Assembly (NCBI GenBank): GCA_038496445.1
Contig: JALMLS010000309.1
Coordinates: forward strand, 1-64,000
Source: Trichosphaerium sp. ATCC 40318
Lineage: Eukaryota; Protista; Tubulinea
Direction: 5' to 3'
DNA length: 64,000 nucleotides
In this document: positions 41,217-55,152 of the stretch, in pieces
Layout of the letters: every line of letters begins with the position of its first letter
Position numbering within the stretch: position 1 is the first letter of the stretch
Notes under the pieces: generated by a model
What the model saw: only the letters and a program-made list of their open reading frames with translations
Database searches by the model: none
What the model was told of the DNA's origin: nothing
Program-made: the position numbers and the translations under genes

Positions 41217-42062
41217 TCATTGGCGCTTATAAGTAACTATTTTACTTAGAAATACTGTAGACAACATTAAAAAGCAAATACAAGCAAAGTTAGCAGCTGG
41301 TACAATCTCTGTAACAAAAGAGCACCACAACTCCTTTTTTTTTGGTATAAATAAAACCTTATGTTCTTCACCCTCCATCCAGTGCTTATACCTACCAACA
41401 CGCTCATTATTATGTACAAGATAATGTGCTATAAGTTTTGAATCCTCTAACCCTTTAATAGGTGGTTCAGAAACATCTTTGAAGCGTTTAAAGTCACCAT
41501 GTTCAACACCATCAATGAAGTTCATTTTCTTTTTTATATTACCACTAGCATACCATGTAATATACTCTCCATGTATCTCACCATCCCTTAAAACAGCTGT
41601 ACATTCTTTAACACCATTAATGTACCATAAAGTCCATACTCCTTGTTTTACTCCATCTATCATTGAAAACTCTTTTGCTATTTTGCCATTTGAATAAAAC
41701 TCCTTACAGTCAATGACACGGCCTTGCATTACCCTGTATTTTCTTCCTATTACTCCATTATCATACCAAGACATCCATAAACCTAATGGTTCCATATCTG
41801 CGTTATAATGTGTTGCTACTGCAGCTCTTTTTGAGAGTAAATGCCATTTTGTGAAAGCATCTTTTGTAAAGGAACTTATGTATTGCTGGATCTCTGGTGG
41901 CAAATCTAGAATATTAAAATACTCGCTGGTACAGTTTTTACGCGAGGATTTCTCATCTGTTTGTTGTTTTTAGCCACCATATTAAATAGCCTTGAAGGTA
42001 CCTTGTTTTAGATTCAGATGAACGTTTGGCTCATCTAGCCGCAAATCTATTTCAAAGTCCAT
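41217..42062 (-). CDS. F-box + MORN-variant repeat protein with a C-terminal hydrophobic tail
   Basis: Exon 1 at 42062-42002 (MDFEIDLRLDEPNVHLNLKQ), intron 42001-41957, then ILDLPPEIQQYI...FTKWHLLSKR, about 4-5 repeats, and tail ANFACICFLMLSTVFLSKIVTYKRQ. Confidence 0.8.
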
Positions 42063-42319
42063 TATTTTAACTTACTCTTGTAACTGTAGTGTACAAGAAC
42101 AGATGCAAATACTGAGCGAAACAACACTTCAATGCTAACGAGATGTGTTGGTAAGAGTGAACTCACAACCTTGATAAGTAATGCTCGCTTAATCTCGTCT
42201 TTAACTCATCTGACCATACTTGATGTTTACCAAGATATACGTGATGGTATTATAGACAAGCGTTACAAGGCAACACTGTTGAAAGGATAACATTTATTAC
42301 AAATTACTTTTTTTTTGCT

Positions 42320-44281
<1,962 letters not shown>

Positions 44282-45125
44282 TTTGTTCTGCGCTGAGTAA
44301 GCGTTAATAAGACTACAACGTTTGCAAAATATAACACACCAATGATATAGTGTTTAGGTGAGTAAAGTGGAATAAAATTAAGCTGATCAAGCAGACGTTT
44401 GTTTGATTAGCGTAAACAGTAGAAAATTCAAGTGGAGAGCACTTGGTACTGAGTATGTTGTTTAATGGAAATGACTTGCAGTTAAAATGAAGTAGCAGTA
44501 GTATTTTGGTCGTTGTTGAGACCCAAATGGTCCCGTAAAAGGTAAAACATTCGCAAGTGTACCTTGGGTGTTGTATTACAAGTACCGACGCGTTTACTTT
44601 TGAAAAAGCGGCCGAAAACGTTAAGCCACCTTTGGAAAAGCCTGATTCGTTCAGAAAACATAAAAAAGACTGTACTTGCGCCATAGCAGTTGTAGATCCG
44701 TGTGACAACTTGTCTTTTTTTGAAAATTATCTTATGTTCTTTAAAAACGCTCCAAACCGTCTGTGTAGCTCCTCAGAGCGATTATATACATTTCCACAGA
44801 TACAGAAGCATGTGGTTGGAATAGTACAGCAAACGTAAACTGAAACTGCTCATAGCGAACGCTAACGTCATACCGTCTTGACACAACTGTTTACTGCCTG
44901 TAATGAGCGCAATTAAAAACAAATTGCTGTAAACAGTAAGTTTGTAGTTTTTTGTATAGATACTCCTGGTGTCGTGGCTGGTGCACTTATATTTCCCGAA
45001 TCAAATAAAGAAATAAAAATCGCGTGTAAAACGGGAAAACTCACAGCTTTTTTACCCAGTTTGTGAGGGTTCTTGACTATCTCTCAAGGCTACGTGGCGC
45101 ATTTTTTATAGTATACAACGCTTGA

Positions 45126-46710
45126 ATGGACCCTGAAGACGAGGCTGGAGCATCATGGAAGCATATGATTGCTGGAGCGTTTGCTGGCGCTGCAGAACAC
45201 ATGGTTATGTTCCCTGTAGATACTATAAAGGTACAATAATTAATCCATAAATTGGCGCCTAAAGAACAGCGTAATTATCATCTGAACGCTTAAAGACGCT
45301 TGTATCCACTATTCTCAATTGAATGGCTGGGTACAGCGGACAAAAATTCATTATTAATCGTACGCTCGCTAAAACATGTATGTAGACGCATGTACAAGCC
45401 CATAGATCGTCAAACCAGGTGGTTTCAGTTAGAAAAGTAGCAATGACACTTTGGAAGGAGGGACCATTAACACCGTTTCGGTACGTTTATACTAGAAGTA
45501 CTAGCGTCCTGTGTTTGTGAAATCACGCTTTTGATAAAAAAACTGTACCAAATGTACTGTACAACTGACTATCACCTAGCGGAATAAGCGCAGTAGCTAT
45601 TGGCGCTGGTCCTGCACACGCTATCTATTTTACATCTTATGAATTTTTTAAACACGCCCTGGGTTGTGAGGAACACAATGGCGCTTACTCATGGTTTATG
45701 CAAGGTTTTAGCGGTATTTTAGCAAACGTAAGTATAGTTCACGAATACCCACGCGATGATTTCTAACATTTTGCCTCAGACACTCGCTGAAGCGCTTCAT
45801 ACGCCTATGGATACTGTTAAACAGAGACGTCAGCTCAATTTAAATAAATATACAGGCACAATACACTGTATGAAGCAAATGTACAAGTAAGTAAAGCATG
45901 AACAAAAAAAAACTTCGATGTTTTTTTGGGATTCTTTTGGATTCTCTCTGTTCGTGTTACTAATGGTTTATTTTTTACTAGATCTGAAGGATTGGGTGCT
46001 TTCTATAAGTCTTATATGACTACAATGACAATGAGCCTTCCTTTTAGTTTTATTTATTTCTCCACCTACGAATTGTTACGTAAGGCTCTTAAATCGCCTT
46101 CTGAAAGTTATGATCCATTTGCATTTGTTGTGGCTGGTACTGGGTACGCTTTTCTTTCGATATCTGAAAACAAGAAAATTCAATCTCCAAATATTGTTGT
46201 TGGACGAATTCGCGTGCCTTTATTTTTGTTGACGATGTTGAAAATTTATTTTTACTAAGTCCTTTTGATTGAACCGCTTTTTATACTACAATATCCGTAA
46301 ATGGATCTTTAAAAAAACACCATATTCTCTAGAAAATTTATCAAAAAAGGAAATGTCACGAAATTTTTTTGCAAGAGCGACAGTCTTTATGTATTGATTT
46401 CGAGCTTTTACTGATATATTTTTCTAAAAATAGGGCTGGTGTATGTGCTGCAGCGCTTACTAATCCGTTGGATGTTGCCAAAACACGTCTACAGACACAA
46501 ACAGTTGGAGGAAAAATAAAGTACAGTGGAATGGTTGATGCTTTAACAAAGATTTGGAAACTAAATGGAGTTCGAGGCTTTACTAGTGGTGTTTTACCTC
46601 GTATGCTATTTAATGGACCTTCTGCTGGTATATCATGGCTTACATATGAATACTTTAAACATATTCTTCGAGTCAGTCCCAACACACAGCTTTCTGGATG
46701 CGCTCATTGA
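45126..46710 (+). CDS. SLC25A37: Mitochondrial carrier, mitoferrin (Mrs3/4) type
   Basis: AGAAEHMVMFPVDTIKTHVQ, GAGPAHAIYFTSYE, PMDTVKQRRQ, AFYKSYMTT, TNPLDVAKTRLQ. Confidence 0.88.
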
Positions 46711-47329
46711 TGAACTGGTTTTTTTTTCTTATTTTTTTCGCTTCAATCACTACCACAAACATTTTTACTGTATCTCCCTCTTTATCAGAGATTGGTGGCA
46801 TGATATCAGTGTACATTTTTTCAAAATCAAAAAACTCCGAAGACTAGACTGCAAGGGAGAGGAAAGAAAAAACAACAAATACAAAATAACCCAAGGTATT
46901 CCAGATATTCTTTTTTTTTTAATCAGCACGCTGTAATGTAACAAAAAAAAAAATTCAAAGAGTTGTAACTTATGCAGACAATGTAAATTATATTCCTAGT
47001 ATAAAACCAAATTCAGTCAATCGTTGTGTTTTGAACCTGTCACTGTAGTGATGTTACAAATGATTTAAAAGTGTTTCTAAGTCAACATAAATAGTTTTGC
47101 AATAGTAAAGCTACTAACTAGACCAGTCCTTTGAACTACCAATAAGCAACAAAGACAGCTTTATCGAAAAGTGCTTTTTGTACCGCTCTTTATAATAGTA
47201 GAAAAGGTGCAATGGATAAGTATGTAAAGATGTTTAGTAGGACAAAAGTCAACAGCAGTTCAAGGCTGAATGTGACAATTACACCTTCAAGTCCTGTTAA
47301 TAACATGTCATTGACAGTTAAGAGCGGCA

Positions 47330-47420
47330 TTTCTTTTTAGTTTCAAGATCTTGTATGTGATTTAACAAATACACTTCTCGTTTTCTGGAACTTACCCGAG
47401 TGACTTTTTAAGGCTTGATC
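47330..47420 (-). repeat. Dispersed ~90-bp relic, paralogous to 10838-10962
   Basis: Direct sequence similarity; the 10.8-kb copy carries an extra ~37-40 nt. Confidence 0.7.
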
Positions 47421-47957
47421 TCAAATTTTCTGTGACATGAGAAAACATACTTCGTTTGTTTTCTCACATAGCCCACCCAGTGCTCTGTTGGCAATACAAT
47501 ACTGACGTTTAAGCTAGTTTACCGAAGTACAAAATGGAATACTGAAAGTAGGACGTTTCTTTCACTACCCGAGTATTGGCGTGGCACATTGTATTTCAAC
47601 GCGCCCAGTGTATTGGGGTTTCTTGCTGCAGATTTGTCTCTCCAGCCTTGAGGAAGTATGACAATGGGACCTTTGAACTGGAAGCGAGTTTGTTTTTTTT
47701 TTGGTATCAAAGTACTTTTGGTTATAGTTGGAGTTGGTTACTGTTATTACATTAGGGGCATACTCAAAACTAAGGTTGCAGTTCCACTACATTGGAAAAA
47801 CTGGAGTAAATTAAGGAGATTGGGCGACTGTACTGATAAAATTTGTAGCACAAAAATGAGAATGTATTGAGAATAGTGTCATGTTAGTAACCACATGTGC
47901 TTCTTTATTGCTATTCAAAATGAACTTATGCATTGGAACAAAAGTATTTTTCCTTTG

Positions 47958-50033
47958 CTAGTTGTCTACATACAGTTTCACATCAACAGTGAGTGGTAGA
48001 TTAGTATCAATAGAGAGGCCATTCCTAACGAAACACATTCTTTTGTTAATGTCATGGAAGAAAAGCACTCTTTGTTTTGGTGATGCTTTTAGTGCCTTAT
48101 TTTGTGGTACATATTTCATCCAATAAGGCACACGCATAACATATTTTGTATCGTTTGGAAACAACCAAATTTGGTATCCTGGCTCAGAAATTTTTGCTCC
48201 TAGTTTCCTACGCAACTTAGTAATCTTGAATTGTTATTGTTGTACCATATCATTCCAGCAGTGTAAAATCTGTTACTACAAAGGTTTGCTATTGTAATAC
48301 TGGTTGTTGTTACAGCTGTTTTTCCAACAGACGGAGGTTTTTGTTGTTGTGTGCTACACAATAAGTTAATATCTAAGACAACATTTGCAACATACACAGT
48401 ATTATTGTACAATGCTTGGAATAGCTTATTGTCAATATCTGACTGAGATCTCACTGCAAGGACATCCAAATTAGGGAAATACCCATAACACATTTCACCC
48501 CAAAATGATGTCCACCAACACCTGTTTTCTTCTTCACGATTCCATAAATAACCTGCAAAAACACAAGGTAAACTCTTTTCTATCTTTTTGGCCAATTCGT
48601 AATGCCTAGCCATACCTATTAAATGAGTCACATAACAAATAAAAATCAGCGTAACAAGCATACAAGCAAGTATCCATATGTCTGCTGATGAATCAATGTA
48701 CGGTGTTGTACATCCTTCTTGGTAGTGCTTCCACATTATATCTAGAACTTTGTGTCCAATTGCAACTTTATTTTTGGTATTGTAGCAGTGTTGAATCAAT
48801 GTTGATGTATTCAGTTTGTGCCTTATTACTCCTTGTAACATCGAGAGATAACATTCTTGAGTATCAGGTATTTTAAGTTTGAGTAGTTCCTCAAAGGAAC
48901 AAACAGAGGATACATGTTTGAACAGTTGCTTGGCATAGTTGCACTCAGAATCGTTCTAGGTTATAACAATATGAATATGTCTAAATTCACTGATGTCCGC
49001 ACCTCTAACAGTGTATTGGTTACCACAGTATACATTGACGCATTGTCTGGTGTCACAATTTCTTTTTTGATGGTGTAGTCACGTGAAGAGAGAATATCAA
49101 TGAGCGCAATTACAGACTCTTCAGTCTCATCGTTGCCCAGACAATAGATATACTCTCCTGATGTTATGTCTTTTAATTCGTCATTGAAGTACCTGAACAA
49201 AGTAAGCCATAGAGGTTAAATGTAAAGGTTGTACTTTGAGTTTAGAGAGAGTATCATTCTTCCTGCTTTTACACAAACAATCTCTTCTCCATCTCTTGTC
49301 GAAAGTAAGATATTTAAGTCACACAGGTGCTCGTATCCAGCTAAACTTGGTAGAGAGGCTGTTCGCAATTGGCTATAATGGTATTAATATATTTGTTAAA
49401 GGTTGTTTCTAGCGACAACCAAAACAACAGCATTACCATCACGAAGAAGGGTTTTTGGGCTAAACACTACTTTTTTTTTGAAGATTTTTGCTTGAAATTA
49501 ACTTGTGTTATTTCTAGTCACGACTGCACTATTTTGTTTGCATGTGACTGTATTACTGAGAATGTGCGCACCGGACAATGTTATAGTATCGCACAGGCGA
49601 TACCCATGCACTATGTACCAACGCCGCTAGTTGTTCTTACTGCTCCCAAATCTATAATTTCCTCATTGATGTACTTACGAATGTGACTCATTTTGCGAAA
49701 ACGGCTAGTCCAGCTATAAGTTGTTTGTATTTTTTAGAAGCAGTGAGAACAACTAGCGGCATTGGTGCATAGTGCATAGGTACGCCTATGCAAGACTGGA
49801 ACATTGTCCGGGGCGCACATTCTCAGTAATACAGTCACGTGTTCTTACAACAAAATATTGTAGTTGAGACCAATAGTAAAGAAGTTGTAACTTAAGTTTC
49901 CTTTGCTCGTACCTGCGCTTCCTTCTTTTTGCTTCTTTTTCTTCTTTAACTTCAAGATTTCGCTTTGACCTACAGTAACGATTGAGTAGTCAACTACGGT
50001 ACCGGTTTCTTGCCGTGTGCGCATCTTATTCAT
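47958..50033 (-). CDS. BTB/POZ-domain protein with a C-terminal MATH-like segment
   Basis: CDLNILL...KAGRMILSLNSKYFNDEL (BTB) and SNRFYTAGMIWKLGAK..YQIWLFP (MATH-like). The 5' exons 50033-49912 and 49513-49471 are phase-consistent but less certain. Confidence 0.6.
49541..49841. repeat. ~110-bp imperfect inverted repeat (foldback/MITE-like)
   Basis: 49541-49650 (CATGTGACTGTATTACTGAGAATGTGCGC...CCGCTAGTTGTTCT) is the reverse complement of about 49733-49841, with an ~80-bp spacer. Confidence 0.9.
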
Positions 50034-50194
50034 TGGAATACAAATAACGATATTTTGGTGCTAGTTTTGAAAAATATTGACTAGGGGATCAAACTGCTTT
50101 TTCGTAATAACTTTTTAGATGTATGTACAACTGCGTGAATCTCTGATACTTAAACAAATTGCAAAACACAACCCTTAAGAATACTTTTATGCTT

Positions 50195-51541
50195 TTATTT
50201 ATTTCTCTTGACAAGGATACTGTATCCAGACAACCGATCAGTTTTAACATATTCTGATTTATCAACCTTTGCAATAGATAATCCACGTTCTGTCGCTATT
50301 TCTTTTATCAGCCGGTTGACATCTCTGTTAGTTTGTGTAATAAGTGTATCATTTATCCTATTTAATAATGAGTTATTAACAGATGTTTCATTGATGGATC
50401 ACTACAACGCTTACCTCATTATGTTGCTTGCAGGTGAACCGTGTAGCACGAAAAAGTCGTAGGCGCTATCTACCTCTTGTATTGCTTTCATAGCTTGTAT
50501 TCCATAAGGGCTATCAGCAACACAAACAGTGTTTTCATCAATCAAAGATAAAGTCGAAGTTAAGTGATGCCCTGTTTTTTTTGAATTTATTAATATCACG
50601 TGTAAAGTAAATGGTGAGGTGATGCGTACCTTCCATAACTGGTATTGGAACAATACTTTTATCATCAAAAAAGTTTTGTAGTTGCTCAATAGCGCTGGTG
50701 TTTGTTCTACTAGACAATCCAACGAATATATCTTTTCAAAGTTCGTTAGTTGTCACAACCATTGTGTTCGATTCGTTAGTACTTTTTCCAGCTGGTAAGA
50801 CGTCTCCTCCATCAAGAGTACCAGGGTGTTGTAGTTCACGCAATCGGTAACCCATACGCGACAACGTTTGCTTGGTCTGAAGTTGTTTAGATGAATAAAG
50901 AAGAACAATTTTTCTATTTACCTTTTCGGTGTCTCGTCCACGTGATGATAGAGGTGCACGTGTTAGAAACGCTTTATCATCAACAACAATGGCAGTGTCT
51001 CCTAAAAAAGTGCTAGATAGTGTATAGTCCTCTGGAGGTACCTTGGAAACTGTCAACAAGCGAACAAAATACAATAGGCGCATTACCTCTACGACGTTTA
51101 CTAACTTTTTTAACGTTCCAATGTAAGCTTTATGTTGCGCAACAGACTCCACATTCAATGCGCGCTCTCCTGATAGACCAATAGGACCAAAAGAAGCTAG
51201 GACATTGTTAGTTTACTTAAAGTTCTCAAAAAAACCAAAAGTTACAACGAGTTCACGTTTTTGTAATTTGCCGCAAAGACACCTCAAAGAGGTTGGTTGG
51301 AAGGATGCAACGATGGACAATAGGAAAATACAAAGTGGTAACGATTCTCAAAAAAGGATAAACGGTACGTACCAGATGACCGTTGTACAATGGCATCTGT
51401 GTAAGAGAACATGTTTGATGAGGATTGACGTTTGACTTGTTTTTTTGGTTCTGGTGTAGGTCCACGTTTAGCCGGTTCAATTGGTGCCCTTTTTGGACGA
51501 CGTAGCACGTGTGCGCTTGTAGCAAATATTCTTGGCTTCAT
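50195..51541 (-). CDS. DDAH/amidinotransferase-fold protein lacking the catalytic Cys
   Basis: AQHKAYIGTL, FLGDTAIV, TLDGGDVL, IFVGLSSRTN, HHLTS. C-terminus KTDRLSGYSILV instead of KVDGLLTCCSVLI. Confidence 0.85.
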
Positions 51542-52051
51542 ACTGGTGGTGAGAAAACGGATAATCCTAAATTAAAGTACCTTAAACAAAAACAGCTTAC
51601 TTAAAGGCACACATTCTAAGTTTGCGCTGCGCGTGTAGTGGAAGTTTTTCTTGCTAGAACAACCATCTGTTACGGCCTTTTTTTTTGTTGGCTTAGACTT
51701 CCGAACTTAAGGATGATCGAAGTAATCTCTTCAACGCGTATCAACTGACACAGCATTGGTGTAAATACGCATAAACGTCTAGTAGCGCGTGCACAAAGCG
51801 TTTTTATTATTATAGCGTACCAAGTCGTACGTACTGTTTTATTTTCATCAAAAACACACCATTCACTCTCTATATGTTGTACGTACTGACAACTATTTGT
51901 TTTTAAGCTAATACATCACATCCGGTTTTTTTCAGTCGTGGGACGTCTTATTTGGTACAGCAGACTTTAAACAGTGAGTCAACACCATAAAAATTTTGTG
52001 ACAAAGGTTTTCAAATACGATCTACGACATTCCAAGAAAAAACCGCCAAAA

Positions 52052-52946
52052 ATGCAAAAAAAAAAGTTGGGATGGAGAAACAAGTTTTCTGGTAAAACTG
52101 TGCTTGATCTTCCTAAAGAAATTCAAAAATACATATGTTTGTTCAATGTAGAAGCCTTTACAAAGTTCCATACACTATCGAAGAGAGCTGCAGTTACAAC
52201 ACATATTTCAACAATAATCTACAACTTAACGGAAAATGGTTAAAGTGGTACAACAATGGGCAACCTATGGAACAAAGAGTTTGGGTTAATGGTAAACAAA
52301 ATGGCAAGCAGAAAAATTGGTTTGAAAGCGGAGAACTTCAGACAGTAACCACGTGGTTTAATGATTTCACAAATGGTGAAGCAAAAGAGTGGTATAACAA
52401 CGGGCAGCTCTCCTTAGAATGTACAATTGTAGGTGGTAACCTAAAGGGTGAAGGCAAACAGTGGTACAAGAACGGTCAGCTTCACAAACAATGTGGATTA
52501 ATGGAAACAAGAATGGTCAATTCAAAGAATGGTATGAAAACGGGCAACTTAAGGAGCTTAGCTTATGGGTCAATGGCAACTTAAATGGTACAAAGAAAGA
52601 GTGGTATGAAAATGGACAACTACAAGAAGTGTTATTTATTGAACATAAATTAAACGGTAAAGCCAAGGTGTGGCATAAAAACAGTAAACTCAAACTGCTA
52701 ACAACATGGGCGAATGATAAGCGTTGCGGTGAAGCTAGCCAATGGTATGAGAGTGGTAAGCTTATGCTACAGTGTATGTGGATCAAAGGCAAACAACATG
52801 GTGAATACAAAGAGTGGTATGATAATGGACAACTTATGATACAAACAATGTATGTTGATGGTAAAGAAAATGGTGAATACAAAGAGTGGCATGATAATGG
52901 ACAACTCAAGGAACAGAGCGTTTACGTTGATGGTAAATGTAATTAA
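52052..52946 (+). pseudogene. F-box + MORN-variant repeat gene with two frameshifts
   Basis: VLDLPKEIQKYI...FHTLSKRAA, then WYxNGQL repeats split across three frames at about 52205 and 52485, with no splice sites that explain the breaks. Confidence 0.8.
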
Positions 52947-52987
52947 TGGCAGTCTTTTTATTTTGCAATACGCAAGAGAATGGTTTC

Positions 52988-52992
52988 AAAAA
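52988..52992 (-). terminator. Pol III T5 terminator of the tRNA-like gene
   Basis: TTTTT on the minus strand, 7 nt after the discriminator base. Confidence 0.65.
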
Positions 52993-52999
52993 GTTGATT

Positions 53000-53072
53000 C
53001 TGCTCTACTCGGAGTTGAACCGAGGTCTCCCGCCGTAACGGCCGGGAATGATCACCGCTACACCATAGAGCA
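53000..53072 (-). tRNA. tRNA-Asp-like gene with a non-canonical anticodon arm (isotype undetermined)
   Basis: Perfect acceptor stem TGCTCTA/TAGAGCA plus discriminator G. A box TGGTGTAGCGG. T arm CTCGG-TTCAACT-CCGAG. The anticodon arm CCCGGCCGTTACGGCGGG is 18 nt. Confidence 0.8.
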
Positions 53073-54003
53073 TTCTCATAGCTATGTGCACTTAAACAAA
53101 CACAATACCATTACCGTAACCGTACTGGAAACCAGATCGATAATCTTGTTCTATTTAGATATTTTCCAACCTTAGTGTAGAAATGATAGAGAGAGATTTA
53201 AGTGAATTTTCATTCTAATTTCATCTTTTTTGTCTATAATCCAGGTCAATTCTTTTCATAACTGAATGTAGACGTACGGGTTACGAAGTGTTGAATCTAC
53301 GTTGACCTAGTATGCAGACTTATAATTACCCTTTACACCGTTACAACTAGTATTTAAGTCTTCGTTACACTTAGCAACACATAAGATTTGGCCTGAAATA
53401 GCCTATTTTGAGTTATCACTAAGCCTGGATGGTTTGTGAACATAGGTAGACCTTGTGCAAACTCTGCGAGCTACCATTATATGGAAGACTTTACGCGAAC
53501 ATAAGAGTAGAAAGTCACGTGCGGGCTACAAATCGGTACCCTTTTAAAAAGTAGGCTTAATATTAAAAAAAAATAGAGTTAATGCATGTCAAATCCATAG
53601 TAGCAACTAACGTAACTTGCTGGCATTCACAAAACAACACCACAACACGGAAAGACCTTACGTTACATGTGTGAAGCCAAACCGATACATTGCTAGCAAA
53701 TGTTTCAACTATTCTTACGATCAAACAAAGACGGATTAAACATGAATAATTCTTCTCGTAGCAAGATTGTTAGCAACAAAAACTGGACAGAAAAAAAGAG
53801 ATTGAAGTAATGTTCATATTTGTCTCAACTTCGCTTTACCCGATCGAGAAAATCATTGTGACAATTGCAACAGCGATACATCATTTTTCGAACGAGAGCC
53901 TTACAAAACTACTACACAAGTGTACATAGCTTAATGCTTTAATATTCAAATATTTTACAGTATGAAGTTATTTGCTCGTTACAAACAACTTGGGTTTTTG
54001 TTA

Positions 54004-55152
54004 TTACAAGTGCTTTTCCAAAACTGTTCCTTCTTGTAAGACTTCAGGAGGACAAGGTGCTGATGGATATCGAACAGGTGGACCAACATTCCAAGTGACT
54101 TGAGCTCTCCAGTTATTGTTTGGTACGACCTTATTAGCACCATTTACTCTTCCTGTTTGTATTGGTTCTACAAAACAATGTCAACATACTGCTTAACATT
54201 TGGAAAGCAAAAAACGTACCACAAGGTGGTATTTGACTAGCAACGTTGTGGTTAAAGTTTTCAGTGTGGTTTAGAGAAGTACAACCAGTTTGTTCCTAAA
54301 ACATTGTAATTAATATTGTGGAATCACGTGATAAACAAAGACTTTTTGATTTTTTTCTATTCAAAATGTAAAAAAAGAAGAAACAAGTCAACCATGACTA
54401 GCTTCTAAATTACTTTTCTCCATTTCTCTTGGTTAAAAAAACGTACTGAGAGTTGTGCGTATGGACCTTGAAATTGATGTTTATCGCACCAAGGACTCTG
54501 AGGTGTTTTATGTCGTGATAAAGCTCCACAACAAGTCCACCGACCTGTGTAAGCATACGGAATAACATTTGATATGCCATACTGACCACCATAATCCACT
54601 AATCCATATGCATATACTGGGTTACCTGCAGCATCAACAGGTATCTCAAGAACTCCAGGATGGTAGCGACATCTATACAGAGTTAGAACAAAGAAAAAAA
54701 AGCGAACCAAAAGAGAAACCAAACCAAAGAAAGTACCCGCTTGGATTTTTCTTCAGAAATGCTTGATTACATCTCCCACACTGTAGGATTTTCCTTGGTT
54801 TATGTAGACTAAGCATTAAAACAGTATATGCTTGACACACAAGGCATTTCGCTTCGATTGCGTCGTTTGGTTCTGGATCGTCTTCTCTGTCTACCATTCT
54901 GGTTAAATGTTAGCTAATTAGCTCATGAGTAGTAAGTGTGTACGTATAGTATTGTCCTTCGACGTGTCCTTGTGCTTTTACATCGCTTACACCTCTATGT
55001 TGGAATTTCGCTTCAAAAGATGGTATAGTCATATGATCGCTGCATATATGGGCTCCACATTGAGTACAACTCGCATACGGAGTGGATGCAATTTTAGTAA
55101 CGGGGTATAACACCTTAGGGCATAGACTACAAGTTATAGACGCTAATTGCAT
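54004..55152 (-). CDS. Cys/His-rich multi-zinc-finger protein of unknown function
   Basis: CxxC pairs (CSLC, CTQC, CLVC, CGRC) and a split CRYHPG...WTCCG...GC..H motif. Five phase-consistent exons. Confidence 0.7.

Noticed and set aside
41903-41990. Missing start or frameshift in the third MORN gene
   Set aside because: Resolved by intron 41957-42001 and an ATG at 42062.
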